The notes: generated from the letters alone by a model not told the origin. 64,000 nucleotides of DNA from an uncultured Eubacteriales bacterium (GCA_902801845.1 CADCJW010000002.1:399612-463611); one strand, 5' to 3'; positions 1-9,643 are shown, counted from the stretch's first letter. Numbers and translations are program-made.

Positions 1-1
1 T

Positions 2-199
2 CCCTATCTGGTCCTGGATCGGAACCTCTACAGGACCATCCCCATCCACATCCAGTACCTCCAGGGCAGCTACGGCCAGGTGGACTGGGGCGCCACCATG
101 GCCCTCATCTTCCTGGGCATCGTCCCCGTGGTGATCTTCTATCTGCTCTGCCAGAAGCACATCATCAAGGGCGTGGCCGCCGGCGCCGTAAAGGGCTGA
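2..199 (+). CDS. carbohydrate ABC transporter permease (MalG-like), 3' end only
   Basis: Frame 2 translates to ...DWGATMALIFLGIVPVVIFYLLCQKHIIKGVAAGAVKG*, the typical CUT1 permease C-terminus; truncated by window start. Confidence 0.85.
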   Translation, partial: PYLVLDRNLYRTIPIHIQYLQGSYGQVDWGATMALIFLGIVPVVIFYLLCQKHIIKGVAAGAVKG

Positions 200-222
200 T
201 CGCCTCTCCACACATGCGTCTT

Positions 223-255
223 CAGCGCGGGTCCTGCCCGCGCTGTTGCTCTTTT
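223..255 (+). terminator. probable intrinsic terminator
   Basis: cagcgcggg-tcctg-cccgcgctg stem followed by ttgctctttt. Confidence 0.55.
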
Positions 256-304
256 GGGGCCGGGGTGGTATACTGAAAAAGCACAAAACACAGGGGGGAA
301 TACC

Positions 305-1786
305 ATGGAACAGCGGGACTTCATCGCCCGGACCAGCGGGCTCAAGACCAGGGACTACATCGGCTACGGCCTGGTGGACATGGCGGGGTGCTTGATCTTC
401 AGTTTGGTCACCACCCTGCTGCAGAAGTATTATACCGATATCCTGCACCTGGGGCCCCTGTTCATCATGCTCATGTTCATCGGCGCCCGGGTGTGGGACG
501 CCATCAACGACCCCATCATGGGCCGCATCGCGGACACGGTGCGCCCGGGCCGGTTCGGCCGCTATCGCCCCTGGCTCCTGTACGTGGCCGCGCCCCTGGC
601 CCTCTCCGGGGTGCTCATGTTCGTGAAGCTTCCGGGCATGGGCGAGGAGGGCCACCGGGTGGGCACCGCCGTCTACGCCACCTGCACCTACGTCCTCTTC
701 GGCATGGTCTATACGGTGCTCCATATCCCCTATGGATCGCTGGCCTCCGTGGTCACCACCGACGACGGGGAGCGGAACAAGCTTTCCGTCTTTCGCTCCA
801 TCGGGGCGGCCCTGGGGTCCATCCCGGTGCTTTTGATCGCCAGCTTCGCCTATTCAAAGCGCTTGGATGCCAACGGCCAGGCGGTCATGGGCGAGAACGG
901 CAAGGCCATCACCGACATGCAGTATGCTCCCGTGCTCCGGGGCGTGATCCTCATGGCCTTAGCCTCGCTGGTCCTGCTGCTCGTCGCCTTTTTGCTCAAC
1001 AAGGAGCGGGTCCAGACCAAGCCCCGGCCCCGGGAAAAGGGCGGGACGAAGAAAGCGTTGAGGCTCCTGTTTGCCAACCGGTCCTTCGTGGCCATCAGCC
1101 TGGCGTCCATGCTGCTCCTCTCCGGGCAGATGTTTACCCAAAGCTTCTACACCTATCTCTTCGACGACTACTTCCACGCCAACTGGATGAACCTGGCCAC
1201 CCAGGCCTGCACCTACTCCCCCATGCTGGTCATGATGTTCCTTCTGCCCGGCATGGCCCGGAGGATCGGCAAGAAGGAGGTCACCGCCTGGGGCTGCGCG
1301 GCCGCCGCCGGGGCGAACCTGATCCTCTTCTTCCTGAGGGGCATGGCGCCGGAGAAGCTCATGTGGGTGTTCCTCGTCCTCTGCTTCGTCTCGGGCTGCG
1401 GCCTCACCACGCTGGTGATGCAGCTCTGGGCCATGGTGACGGACGCTTTGGACGATCTGGAGGTAAAGACCGGCAGCCGGGACACGGGCACGGCCTACTC
1501 CGTGTTCAACTTCTTTAGAAAGCTGGGCCAGGTCCTGTCCGCCGTGTGCGTGAACGGGGCGCTGCTGGGGATGCATTACCGGTACGAGAAGGGAGCCGTC
1601 CAGACCCTGGAAAATTTGAAGATCATGTACGATCTGGCCACCATCATCCCCGCCGTGCTCTTCGGCCTCATGGCCCTGATCCTCTTCTTCTGGTACCCCC
1701 TGTCCCGCCAGCGGGTGGCGGCCCTCCAGCAGGAGAAGGAGCGGACGCTGAAGGAATCCTATGAAAACAAGCTCATCGACATCTGA
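305..1786 (+). CDS. glycoside-pentoside-hexuronide (GPH) family MFS sugar:cation symporter
   Basis: ARVWDAINDPIMGRIAD..GRYRPW motif, IPYGSL, about 12 hydrophobic segments; ATG at 305 after a GGGGGA RBS. Confidence 0.9.
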   Translation: MEQRDFIARTSGLKTRDYIGYGLVDMAGCLIFSLVTTLLQKYYTDILHLGPLFIMLMFIGARVWDAINDPIMGRIADTVRPGRFGRYRPWLLYVAAPLALSGVLMFVKLPGMGEEGHRVGTAVYATCTYVLFGMVYTVLHIPYGSLASVVTTDDGERNKLSVFRSIGAALGSIPVLLIASFAYSKRLDANGQAVMGENGKAITDMQYAPVLRGVILMALASLVLLLVAFLLNKERVQTKPRPREKGGTKKALRLLFANRSFVAISLASMLLLSGQMFTQSFYTYLFDDYFHANWMNLATQACTYSPMLVMMFLLPGMARRIGKKEVTAWGCAAAAGANLILFFLRGMAPEKLMWVFLVLCFVSGCGLTTLVMQLWAMVTDALDDLEVKTGSRDTGTAYSVFNFFRKLGQVLSAVCVNGALLGMHYRYEKGAVQTLENLKIMYDLATIIPAVLFGLMALILFFWYPLSRQRVAALQQEKERTLKESYENKLIDI

Positions 1787-1807
1787 GACGGCAGAAAGGG
1801 GCCGCAC

Positions 1808-3379
1808 ATGAAGCGCATACGAACGGCGGCGTGGCTGCTGCTGTTGCTGCTGCTCCTGCCCCAGCCTGTGGGAGCCGTCACCAGGACCCGGGGCGCCTTC
1901 ACTAAGGCGGTGTACGTCTTCTCCTACGGCACGGAAGGGGTTTTTTACCTGTCCCTCTTCTCCGAAGCGGAATCGACCTGGACGGTGGAGACCGACGAGG
2001 GGACGGTCCTGTTTCGCGACACCTTCCGGGCCACGGACCGGGACTATCCCGTCCGCTTCCCCGTGACCGAGGCGCTGCCCCGGCGGACCACCCTCCATCT
2101 TCTGGCGGACGGGGAGCCCTTGGGGGAGGCCCAGCTCTTTTGCGACCAGTTCCCCAACGACGGGGTGCGGCGGGTGGCCCGGGGGGATCGGAAGGTGGCC
2201 CTCACCTTCGATTCCGCCATCAGCGCCGGGTACACCCCGGAAATATTGGACGTGTTGGACAAGTACGGGGTGAAGGCCACCTTCTTCGTGATCGGTCAGT
2301 TCGTGGAGAGCAATCCGGCGCTGGCCGCCCACATCGTGGCCCGGGGCCACCTGCTGGCCAGCCATTCCTATACGCATATGGAGATGAGGACCGCCTCCGG
2401 CGAACAGGCCTTCGACAACATCCGGCGGGCGGAGGAGGTCATCCGGGCCGTCAGCGGGGCGGAGCGGATCCTCTATCGGCCCCCCTCCGGCACCTCCTAC
2501 TTCCGGGATCGGGCCATCGCCCGGGGCATGGGAGCGGAGGTCATCCTGTGGACCGTGGATTCCGGGGACGGGTTCCAAACCCGCTCCAAGGAGCAGATCT
2601 TAGAGCAGATCCAAAAGGGCATGCGACCGGGGAGCATCCTGCTGCTGCACGTGTACGGCGGGTTCACGGTGGGTCTGCTGGACATCGTCCTGCCCGAATA
2701 TATGGACCAGGGCTACGAATTCGTCACGGTGCCGGAGCTGCTGCTGCCCGCCGACGATGCCTACATCGACCTATACGGCGTCCAGCGGCCCCTGATGCAC
2801 CGGGATCTGGATGGGGAGACCCTGTCCCTGCTGAAGATAGACGGCCCCCGGGCCGAGGAACCGACCCTGGAGCCCCTTGCGGGGGAAAAGGACTCCACCC
2901 TGCCCGACACCACTCTGCCGAAGGGCCTTTGGCGGGCTCGGGTGACCAACAAAAACGGCTGGGCCTTCCTGGTCTGGGGCCGGGACGGCCGGGGCGAAAG
3001 GGAGCTACTGGTCAGCGGCAGCGGCGTCTATGCGGGGACCGTGCCCCTGCTGGGCCAGGGCCCCTACGGGTTCGAGGTGGAATCGGGGGGCAGCTGGACC
3101 ATCCAGCCGGAGCCCCTGATTCGAACGGAGGATACCGCCTTCCAGGGCCACGGGGATTCGGTCACGGACCTGTTCGTGCCCGCCGCCTCCACCTATCGGC
3201 TGCGCCACCAGGGGGAAGGCGACTTTTTGGTGTGGCTGTACACCACGGCCGGCGAGACCCTGCTCCTCCACGGGCTGGGGCCCTGCGAGGCGGAGGCTCA
3301 GCTGACGGTGCCGGCGGACAGCCTGGCCTTCTTCGTGGTCCGGGCCGACGGGGACTGGTCCCTGGAGCCCGCGGCATAG
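1808..3379 (+). CDS. secreted polysaccharide deacetylase (CE4/NodB domain) with N- and C-terminal accessory domains
   Basis: Signal peptide; VALTFDS, KATFFVIG, HSYTH, YRPPSG, WTVDSGD, ILLLH motifs. Confidence 0.8.
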   Translation: MKRIRTAAWLLLLLLLLPQPVGAVTRTRGAFTKAVYVFSYGTEGVFYLSLFSEAESTWTVETDEGTVLFRDTFRATDRDYPVRFPVTEALPRRTTLHLLADGEPLGEAQLFCDQFPNDGVRRVARGDRKVALTFDSAISAGYTPEILDVLDKYGVKATFFVIGQFVESNPALAAHIVARGHLLASHSYTHMEMRTASGEQAFDNIRRAEEVIRAVSGAERILYRPPSGTSYFRDRAIARGMGAEVILWTVDSGDGFQTRSKEQILEQIQKGMRPGSILLLHVYGGFTVGLLDIVLPEYMDQGYEFVTVPELLLPADDAYIDLYGVQRPLMHRDLDGETLSLLKIDGPRAEEPTLEPLAGEKDSTLPDTTLPKGLWRARVTNKNGWAFLVWGRDGRGERELLVSGSGVYAGTVPLLGQGPYGFEVESGGSWTIQPEPLIRTEDTAFQGHGDSVTDLFVPAASTYRLRHQGEGDFLVWLYTTAGETLLLHGLGPCEAEAQLTVPADSLAFFVVRADGDWSLEPAA

Positions 3380-3405
3380 CCGCAGTGTGTTTGCACAAGT
3401 TACGC

Positions 3406-3432
3406 GTGTCCTGAAAAGGGCACTCTTTTTTT
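3406..3432 (+). terminator. intrinsic terminator
   Basis: gtgtcct-gaaa-agggcac stem plus T7 tract. Confidence 0.65.
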
Positions 3433-3466
3433 GTATCAAAAAAAAATCATAAAAAAACGCAAAAAA

Positions 3467-3498
3467 CACTTTACAACTTTAAAGTGATAAAGTATACT
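3467..3498 (+). promoter_or_regulatory. sigmaA promoter overlapped by two tandem 20-bp palindromic operators (TrpR/YerC-HisR type)
   Basis: -35 TTTACA 3470-3475, 17 bp, -10 TATACT 3493-3498; CACTTTA-N6-TAAAGTG 3467-3486 and AACTTTA-N6-TAAAGTA 3475-3494. Confidence 0.75.
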
Positions 3499-3529
3499 AC
3501 GGTCATTACCACAAAGGAGATACCCAAAA

Positions 3530-4312
3530 ATGAAAAAAACCATGTCCATCCTCATCGCCGCTCTGCTCCTCCTCACGGTCGTGACGGGCTGCTCAACGCC
3601 CAAGACGGCGGCAAAAACGGCAGATTCCGAAACCATCAAAGCGAACGGCAAGCTCGTCGTCGGCATCACGGACTTTGCGCCCATGGACTATATGGGCGAC
3701 AACGGGGAATGGATCGGCTTCGACGCCGACCTGGCCCGGGCCTTTGCCGAAAGTCTGGGGGTCAAGGCGGAGTTCACGGTCATCGACTGGGACAACAAAA
3801 CCCTTGAGCTGGACGCGGGCAACATCGATTGCATCTGGAACGGCATGACCCTGACCGACGGCGTGAAGGCCGCCATGGAGACCAGCAAGCCCTACTGCGG
3901 CAACGCTCAGGTGGTGGTCGCCCCCAAGGACAAGGCCGGCAGCCTCGACTACGGAACGCTGACCTTCGCCGTGGAGGCGGGTTCGGCGGCGGAAGAACTG
4001 GCCAAGGAGAAGGGCTGGAAGATCGCCTCCATGCAATCCCAGGGCGACGCGCTGCTGGAGGTGGCCTCCGGCGCCAGCGACGCCTGCATCATCGATCAAC
4101 TGATGGCCGGCGCCATGATCGGGGAAGGCACCAGCTACCCCGATCTGGTCCTGGTGGAAGGTCTCAACGCCGAGGAATACGGCGTGGGCTTCCGCAAGGG
4201 CAGCGATCTGGCCGCCCAGCTGGACGCCTTCCTGGACGGCAAGTTCAAGGATGGATCCCTGGCGGAGATCGCCGCCAAGTACGGCATCGACTCGAAGCTC
4301 ATCGCCCGGTAA
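3530..4312 (+). CDS. polar amino acid ABC transporter substrate-binding lipoprotein
   Basis: Lipobox VTGC; SBP family 3 motifs GFDADLA, IDWD, IDCIWNGMT, EEYGVGFRKG. Confidence 0.93.
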   Translation: MKKTMSILIAALLLLTVVTGCSTPKTAAKTADSETIKANGKLVVGITDFAPMDYMGDNGEWIGFDADLARAFAESLGVKAEFTVIDWDNKTLELDAGNIDCIWNGMTLTDGVKAAMETSKPYCGNAQVVVAPKDKAGSLDYGTLTFAVEAGSAAEELAKEKGWKIASMQSQGDALLEVASGASDACIIDQLMAGAMIGEGTSYPDLVLVEGLNAEEYGVGFRKGSDLAAQLDAFLDGKFKDGSLAEIAAKYGIDSKLIAR

Positions 4313-4318
4313 CGCCCT

Positions 4319-4978
4319 ATGCTGCGGGAAGTCCTCCTCTCCCTTCTCGGCGGCTTCGGCCAGTCGCTGCAGCTATTCTGCTACACACTCATGGGGGCTC
4401 TGCCATTGGGCCTCCTGATTGCGTTTGGGTCCATGAATCGTTGGAGACCGCTGCGGGAGGCCGTTCGAGGCCTCGTCTGGGTCGTTCGGGGCACGCCCCT
4501 CATGCTCCAGCTCATCGTCATCTACTACGGGCCGGGCCTTCTTGCCAGCGGCGCCCATCTCTGGGGCGGCGGCGGCACCGGACGCATGGCGGCAGCGGCT
4601 ACGGCCTTCATCATCAACTACGCCTGCTACTTCTCCGAGATCTATCGGGGCGGCATCGAAAGCATCCCCCGGGGTCAGCGGGAGGCGGGCCAGGTCCTGG
4701 GCATGACCCGAAGTCAGATCTTCTTCCGGGTCCAGCTCCTGCAGGTCTATAAGCGCATCCTGCCCCCCATGGGCAATGAGATCATCACCCTGGTGAAGGA
4801 CACGTGCCTGGCCCGGATCATCGCCATCTACGAGCTCACCTACGCGGGCCAGGCCTACATCAAGTCCCACGGCCTCATCTGGCCGCTGCTGCTCACGGGC
4901 GTGTTTTACCTGCTGTTCTCCGGCATCCTTTCCTGGCTCCTCCGACGGGAGGAGCAGCGGCTCAGCTATTTCGAGTGA
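4319..4978 (+). CDS. polar amino acid ABC transporter permease
   Basis: RGTPLMLQL, SEIYRGGIESIPRGQREAG (EAA loop), LVKDT. Confidence 0.93.
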   Translation: MLREVLLSLLGGFGQSLQLFCYTLMGALPLGLLIAFGSMNRWRPLREAVRGLVWVVRGTPLMLQLIVIYYGPGLLASGAHLWGGGGTGRMAAAATAFIINYACYFSEIYRGGIESIPRGQREAGQVLGMTRSQIFFRVQLLQVYKRILPPMGNEIITLVKDTCLARIIAIYELTYAGQAYIKSHGLIWPLLLTGVFYLLFSGILSWLLRREEQRLSYFE

Positions 4979-4988
4979 GGTGGACGCT

Positions 4989-5723
4989 ATGCCCTATTTG
5001 GAGATAACCGGCTTAGGCAAGCGCTTCGGCAGCGCGGACGTGCTCCACGACGTGTCCCTGACCCTAAACCAGGGGCAGATCCTGTCCCTGATCGGCCCAT
5101 CCGGCGGAGGAAAAACCACTTTTTTGCGCTGTTTGACCTTCCTTGAAACGGCGGACCGTGGTATAATACGATTGAATGGAGAAACGCTCTTTGACGCCGC
5201 CCAAAAAAAGGCCAAGGGGAAGAGGCCCCGTCAGCAGGCCTTCGGGTTGGTTTTTCAAGCGTTCCATCTGTTCCCCCAATATACCGTGCTGGAAAACGTC
5301 GCCCTGGCCCCCGCCCTGGCGAAGAAGGGGACGAAAGAAGCCCTGCGGGCCAAGGCGCTTGCTCTCATCGAGAAGGTGGGGCTGGCGGATAAGGCGGACA
5401 GTTATCCCAACACCCTTTCCGGTGGGCAGCAGCAACGGGCCGCCATCGCCCGGGCCTTGGCCATGGAGCCGGACGTGCTCTGCTTCGACGAGCCCACCAG
5501 CGCCCTGGATCCCCTGCTCACCAAGGAGGTGCTGAACGTGATCCGCCTGCTCCGGCAGGAGGGCCGGACCATGATCGTGGTCACGCACGAAATGACCTTC
5601 GCTCGAGAAGCTTCCGATCAGGTGGCTTTTCTGTTCGGGGGGACCGTGGCGGAGCTGGGCACGCCGAAGGAGATATTCGAAACGCCAAGGACGGAGGCGC
5701 TCCGGCGGTTTTTGCAGCAATGA
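4989..5723 (+). CDS. amino acid ABC transporter ATP-binding protein
   Basis: Walker A GPSGGGKT, LSGGQQQR, FDEPTSALD, VTHEM; alternative GTG start at 4980. Confidence 0.93.
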   Translation: MPYLEITGLGKRFGSADVLHDVSLTLNQGQILSLIGPSGGGKTTFLRCLTFLETADRGIIRLNGETLFDAAQKKAKGKRPRQQAFGLVFQAFHLFPQYTVLENVALAPALAKKGTKEALRAKALALIEKVGLADKADSYPNTLSGGQQQRAAIARALAMEPDVLCFDEPTSALDPLLTKEVLNVIRLLRQEGRTMIVVTHEMTFAREASDQVAFLFGGTVAELGTPKEIFETPRTEALRRFLQQ

Positions 5724-5748
5724 TCTTATAAAAACTGAGGGAGGACCT

Positions 5749-6039
5749 ATGGACAAGCGGTCGAGCGAAGAACTGATCCCGGAGCTGTTTGAGACCATAC
5801 TGAAGCTTCGAACCAAGGAGGACTGCGCCGCTTTTTTCGCGGATCTGTGCACGGAGAAGGAGGTACAGAACATGGCGGAGCGTCTGGCTGCCGCCCGGCT
5901 CCTCATAGAGGGAAAGACCTATTTGCAGGTCATCGAATCCGTGGACATCTCTTCGGCCACCCTTTCCCGCGTCTCTCGCTGCGTCCGCCACGGCACCGGG
6001 TACACCCGGATGCTGGGCCCCGCCGACAGCGAACGATGA
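5749..6039 (+). CDS. YerC/YecD family TrpR-like repressor (HisR-like)
   Basis: FFADLCT..E...MAERL, SSATLSRVSRC..G.GY signature of the Trp-repressor-like YerC family. Confidence 0.88.
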   Translation: MDKRSSEELIPELFETILKLRTKEDCAAFFADLCTEKEVQNMAERLAAARLLIEGKTYLQVIESVDISSATLSRVSRCVRHGTGYTRMLGPADSER

Positions 6040-6046
6040 ACGGCTG

Positions 6047-6086
6047 AAAAAAAGCCCCTTCCCGTCAAGGAAAGGGGTCTTTTTTT
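6047..6086. terminator. bidirectional intrinsic terminator
   Basis: A7-gccccttcc...ggaaaggggt-T7 between convergent genes. Confidence 0.75.
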
Positions 6087-7443
6087 ATGATTCCCGGATC
6101 CGCCAGCGGCCGGAGAGGTAGAAGGCGCTGCCGATCAGCAGGGGCATGAACCCGGCCAGGGCGTCCCCCATCCAGAAGCCGAAGCAGTCCCAACCGAGGG
6201 CGAAGCCGAACAGGGCCGCCAGGCCCACCCGGCTGATCATGCCGTCGATAATGGCCACGGCCAGATTCAGCTTGGCCCTGCCGGAGCCGTTGATGAGGGA
6301 GAAGGCCACGCTCCGGGTGGCGGCGCCGAAGAAGTTGAGGATGATGGGCAAGGTCAGCACCGACGCCACCGAGAGCACATCCACGTCCGGGGTGAACATG
6401 CCGTAGACCCCGTCGGGCCAGAGGAGCATCCCGGCGGTGAATAGTAGGGCAAACCCCAGGCCGATGAGCAGGATGACCAGAAGGATAACGTTGACCCGCC
6501 TGTACTTTCGGGCCCCCAGATTCTGGCCCACCATGGTGCTGCCCGCGGTGGTGAAGGACTGGGAGATGACGCCGCACATGGTGTTCAGCTTGTTGAAGAT
6601 GCCGGCCAGGGCCGAATAGGTCACGTCGAAGCGGTTGATCCAGGACATGAGCAGGATCTTGGACAGGTTGATGGCCGCCGCCTGGATGGCCATGGGGATG
6701 CCCAGGGCCAACAGCCGCCGGAAGGTGGGCCCGTCCACGCGGAAGCTGGCGGGCTTGAAATCGAATCCGAAGCTGATGCGCCGCCGGTAGAGATAGACCA
6801 GGGAGGCGAGGAAGCTGACCCCCTGGCCGATGACCGTGGCGAGGGCCGCCCCGAAGACCTCCATATGCAGATACTTCACGAACAGCACGTCCAGCACCAT
6901 GTTCAGGATGGCGGCGATGGCGATGAACAGGAAGGGCCGCTTGCTGTCCCCCATGCCCCGGAGGATGGCGCTGACGATGTTGTAGCCGTAGATGAAGACG
7001 AGGCCGCAGACGCAGGTCACCAGATAGTCCATGGCGTAGGCCCGGGCGGCGGCGGGGGTGTTGAGCCAGGTGAGCAGGGAATCCCGCAGCAGGAAGCAAA
7101 CCAGAGCGATCATAGCCGACACGGACAGCAGGAAGCTGAACATGGTGCCGATGGTCTTTTGGATGTCCTCGGGCCGCTTCTCCCCCACGGCCCGGGCGAT
7201 GATCACCTGGCCGGCGGAGCAAAAGCCCATGGCCACGAAGGTGATGAGGTGCAGGAGGTCCCCGCCGATGGACACGGCGGACATGCCGGCCTTGCCGATG
7301 TAGTTGCCCACAACCACCATGTCCACCAGGTTGTAGACCGCCTGCAGGGCGTTGGACACGAACAGGGGGAAGGCGAACCGCAGCAGCAGCGGCACCACCG
7401 GCCCCTCGGTCATGTCCCGGACCATGGTCGAACGTCGTTCCAT
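6085..7443 (-). CDS. MATE family efflux transporter
   Basis: DMTEG..LLRFAFP, YNLVDMVVVG, LRGMGDSKRP, GQNLGA; two-repeat MatE architecture. Confidence 0.92.
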   Translation of the reverse strand: MERRSTMVRDMTEGPVVPLLLRFAFPLFVSNALQAVYNLVDMVVVGNYIGKAGMSAVSIGGDLLHLITFVAMGFCSAGQVIIARAVGEKRPEDIQKTIGTMFSFLLSVSAMIALVCFLLRDSLLTWLNTPAAARAYAMDYLVTCVCGLVFIYGYNIVSAILRGMGDSKRPFLFIAIAAILNMVLDVLFVKYLHMEVFGAALATVIGQGVSFLASLVYLYRRRISFGFDFKPASFRVDGPTFRRLLALGIPMAIQAAAINLSKILLMSWINRFDVTYSALAGIFNKLNTMCGVISQSFTTAGSTMVGQNLGARKYRRVNVILLVILLIGLGFALLFTAGMLLWPDGVYGMFTPDVDVLSVASVLTLPIILNFFGAATRSVAFSLINGSGRAKLNLAVAIIDGMISRVGLAALFGFALGWDCFGFWMGDALAGFMPLLIGSAFYLSGRWRIRES

Positions 7444-7458
7444 CCTTCCGTCCTTTCC

Positions 7459-8727
7459 TCAGCCCCGCTTCATCCGAAGCTTGTAGAGCTCCTCCGCGGC
7501 GAGGCGGGTCTTGGCCACCACGTCGCCTCCCGTCAGGGGGAAGCAGTAGTAGAGGGTCTTGCTATCGCCGATGCAGATCATGTCCCCCAGCTCGTACCAG
7601 AAGTAGTCAGCGTAGAGGCTGTAGGAAGCCAGGGGGGATTGGGTATAGGCGAGCTTCCCGTCGCAGCCCGTCAGGGTGAAGCCGGTCCCGTCGTGGACGA
7701 GGCGGCCGTCCCCCACGGTGTAGAGGCATTTCGTGTCCACCAGCATCCGGATCTGAACGGGCAGATCCAGCCGGTAAGAACCGTTCTCGATCTCCTTTTT
7801 CACCTCATCTCGCTCCCAGGCGTACCAGTCGGGCACATGGTCGAAGAGGGGGTGCCCGTCCTCGGCTTCAAGAACGCCCAGCTCATTCAGCATCCAGACC
7901 TTCCCGCAGGCGCGGCAGGTCAACTGGGTGCCCTTCCCCTCCATATGGCCTTCGGCGCCGCAGGCGGGACACTTGTAGAGGACCCGATTGAGGCCCTCCG
8001 CCCGGAAGGGCTCCGTGACGCGGATGCCCGCCTCCCGCTGGTAGCGGAAGCCGTCGAAGGTGAACTGCTCCTTCAAAATCTCGTTCAGCTCCGCCACAGT
8101 CCTTTGCTCGATGTCCGCCGGGGAAAGCAGATACCGCATGGTGGCCCGCACCGGCACCTTGCGGAGCTTCAGCCCGTTATAGAGGGGGTCGTGGAGGAAG
8201 GCGCCTTGGGTCGATATCATGACCACGGGCACCTTCAGCAGCTTCAAACACTTGCCCAGGGTGTCCGGCAGGGGCGTGGCCGTGCCGTCGAAGGTGTAGC
8301 TGGCCTCCGGGTACAGCAGCACCGAGGAATGGAGCTGCTTCAGGGCGTAGACCATGTCCCGGACCAGGGCCGGGTCCGACACGAACTTTTGGGTGGGGAT
8401 GCAGCCCAGCCTCTCCATGAGCCACCGCTTGCCCACGAAGCCGTCGGAGGTGCACACGATGTTGAAGGGCCGAGGGTACAGGACGGTGGACACGATCTTG
8501 AGATCCAGAAAACAGGAGTGGTTCATAAGGAACAGGGCGGGCTCGGCGGGGCCAAGCTTGTCCATACCCTCCCGTGTCAGCTGAAAATCCACGTCCTTCA
8601 GCTCTCCGGCGCTCAGAATCTTGAGCAGGGTGCGGAAGAACCAGCCAGGCCTTGCAGGCTTGCGGCGGGGCTCCCGGGGGAGCTTCAGTACCTCTTCATA
8701 GGGAAGGTTCCTGGTCTTGATCTTCAT
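7459..8727 (-). CDS. PlsC-like lysophospholipid acyltransferase with C-terminal zinc-ribbon extension
   Basis: NHSCFLD (HX4D), LYPEA motif; CPAC...CRAC. Confidence 0.75.
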   Translation of the reverse strand: MKIKTRNLPYEEVLKLPREPRRKPARPGWFFRTLLKILSAGELKDVDFQLTREGMDKLGPAEPALFLMNHSCFLDLKIVSTVLYPRPFNIVCTSDGFVGKRWLMERLGCIPTQKFVSDPALVRDMVYALKQLHSSVLLYPEASYTFDGTATPLPDTLGKCLKLLKVPVVMISTQGAFLHDPLYNGLKLRKVPVRATMRYLLSPADIEQRTVAELNEILKEQFTFDGFRYQREAGIRVTEPFRAEGLNRVLYKCPACGAEGHMEGKGTQLTCRACGKVWMLNELGVLEAEDGHPLFDHVPDWYAWERDEVKKEIENGSYRLDLPVQIRMLVDTKCLYTVGDGRLVHDGTGFTLTGCDGKLAYTQSPLASYSLYADYFWYELGDMICIGDSKTLYYCFPLTGGDVVAKTRLAAEELYKLRMKRG

Positions 8728-8816
8728 GGGCGGCCTCTTTTTTCGTTGGATAGGATAAGTATACGCCATCTTTTTCGATTCGTCAAAAAAGACTTGGGCC
8801 GCCTGCCTCCAGGCGC

Positions 8817-8845
8817 TTGCAATCGGGTGGTTTTTCTGATACTAT
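8817..8845 (+). promoter_or_regulatory. sigmaA promoter
   Basis: TTGCAA 8817-8822, 17 bp, TACTAT 8840-8845. Confidence 0.55.
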
Positions 8846-8938
8846 ACACAATAGTGGAGAAGGCTGTTTTCCCTGGGTAATCCCATCGTTGAAAAACGAA
8901 AGGCCCTTCGGCCATTATCTTATCAAGGAGGATCATAC

Positions 8939-9631
8939 ATGAACTACACCGCGGAAGTCACCCATATGTGCCCCGTCGCCAAGGGCGCATACCACGGCCC
9001 GGCCCCCATCCCCGAGGAGGGCAAGTGGGTCCAGGCCAAGCAGATCTCGGACATCTCCGGCTTCACCCACGGCATCGGCTGGTGCGCCCCTCAGCAGGGC
9101 GCCTGCAAGCTGACGCTGAACGTGAAGGACGGCATCATTGAGGAAGCCCTGGTGGAGACCATCGGCTGCTCCGGCATGACCCACTCCGCCGCCATGGCTT
9201 CGGAGATCCTCATCGGCAAGACCCTTTTGGAGGCTCTGAACACCGATCTGGTCTGCGACGCCATCAACACCGCCATGCGGGAGCTGTTTTTGCAGATCGT
9301 CTACGGCCGGACCCAGAGCGCCTTCTCCGACAACGGGTTGCTGGTGGGTGCGTCTTTGGAGGATCTGGGCAAGGGATTGCGCTCCCAGATCGGCACCATG
9401 TTCGCCACCCGTGAGAAGGGTCCCCGGTATCTGGAGATGACCGAGGGCTACTGCTCTCGGATGGCCCTCAACGCCGAGAACGAGATCATCGGCTACGAGT
9501 TCATCAGTCTGGGCAAGATGATGGATTTCATCAAGGCCGGCATCGAACCCGCCGAGGCCCTGAAGAAGGCCACCGGCCACTATGGTCAGTGGGACGCGGC
9601 CGTCAAGTACATCGATCCCCGCAAGGAATAA
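8939..9631 (+). CDS. IscU/NifU-N-like iron-sulfur scaffold-fold protein (GGGtGRT partner)
   Basis: GWCAPQQGACKLTL, ETIGCSGMTHSAAMASE..GKTLLEA resembles the IscU fold; strongly biased codon use. Confidence 0.75.
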   Translation: MNYTAEVTHMCPVAKGAYHGPAPIPEEGKWVQAKQISDISGFTHGIGWCAPQQGACKLTLNVKDGIIEEALVETIGCSGMTHSAAMASEILIGKTLLEALNTDLVCDAINTAMRELFLQIVYGRTQSAFSDNGLLVGASLEDLGKGLRSQIGTMFATREKGPRYLEMTEGYCSRMALNAENEIIGYEFISLGKMMDFIKAGIEPAEALKKATGHYGQWDAAVKYIDPRKE

Positions 9632-9643
9632 GGGAGGTTCACT

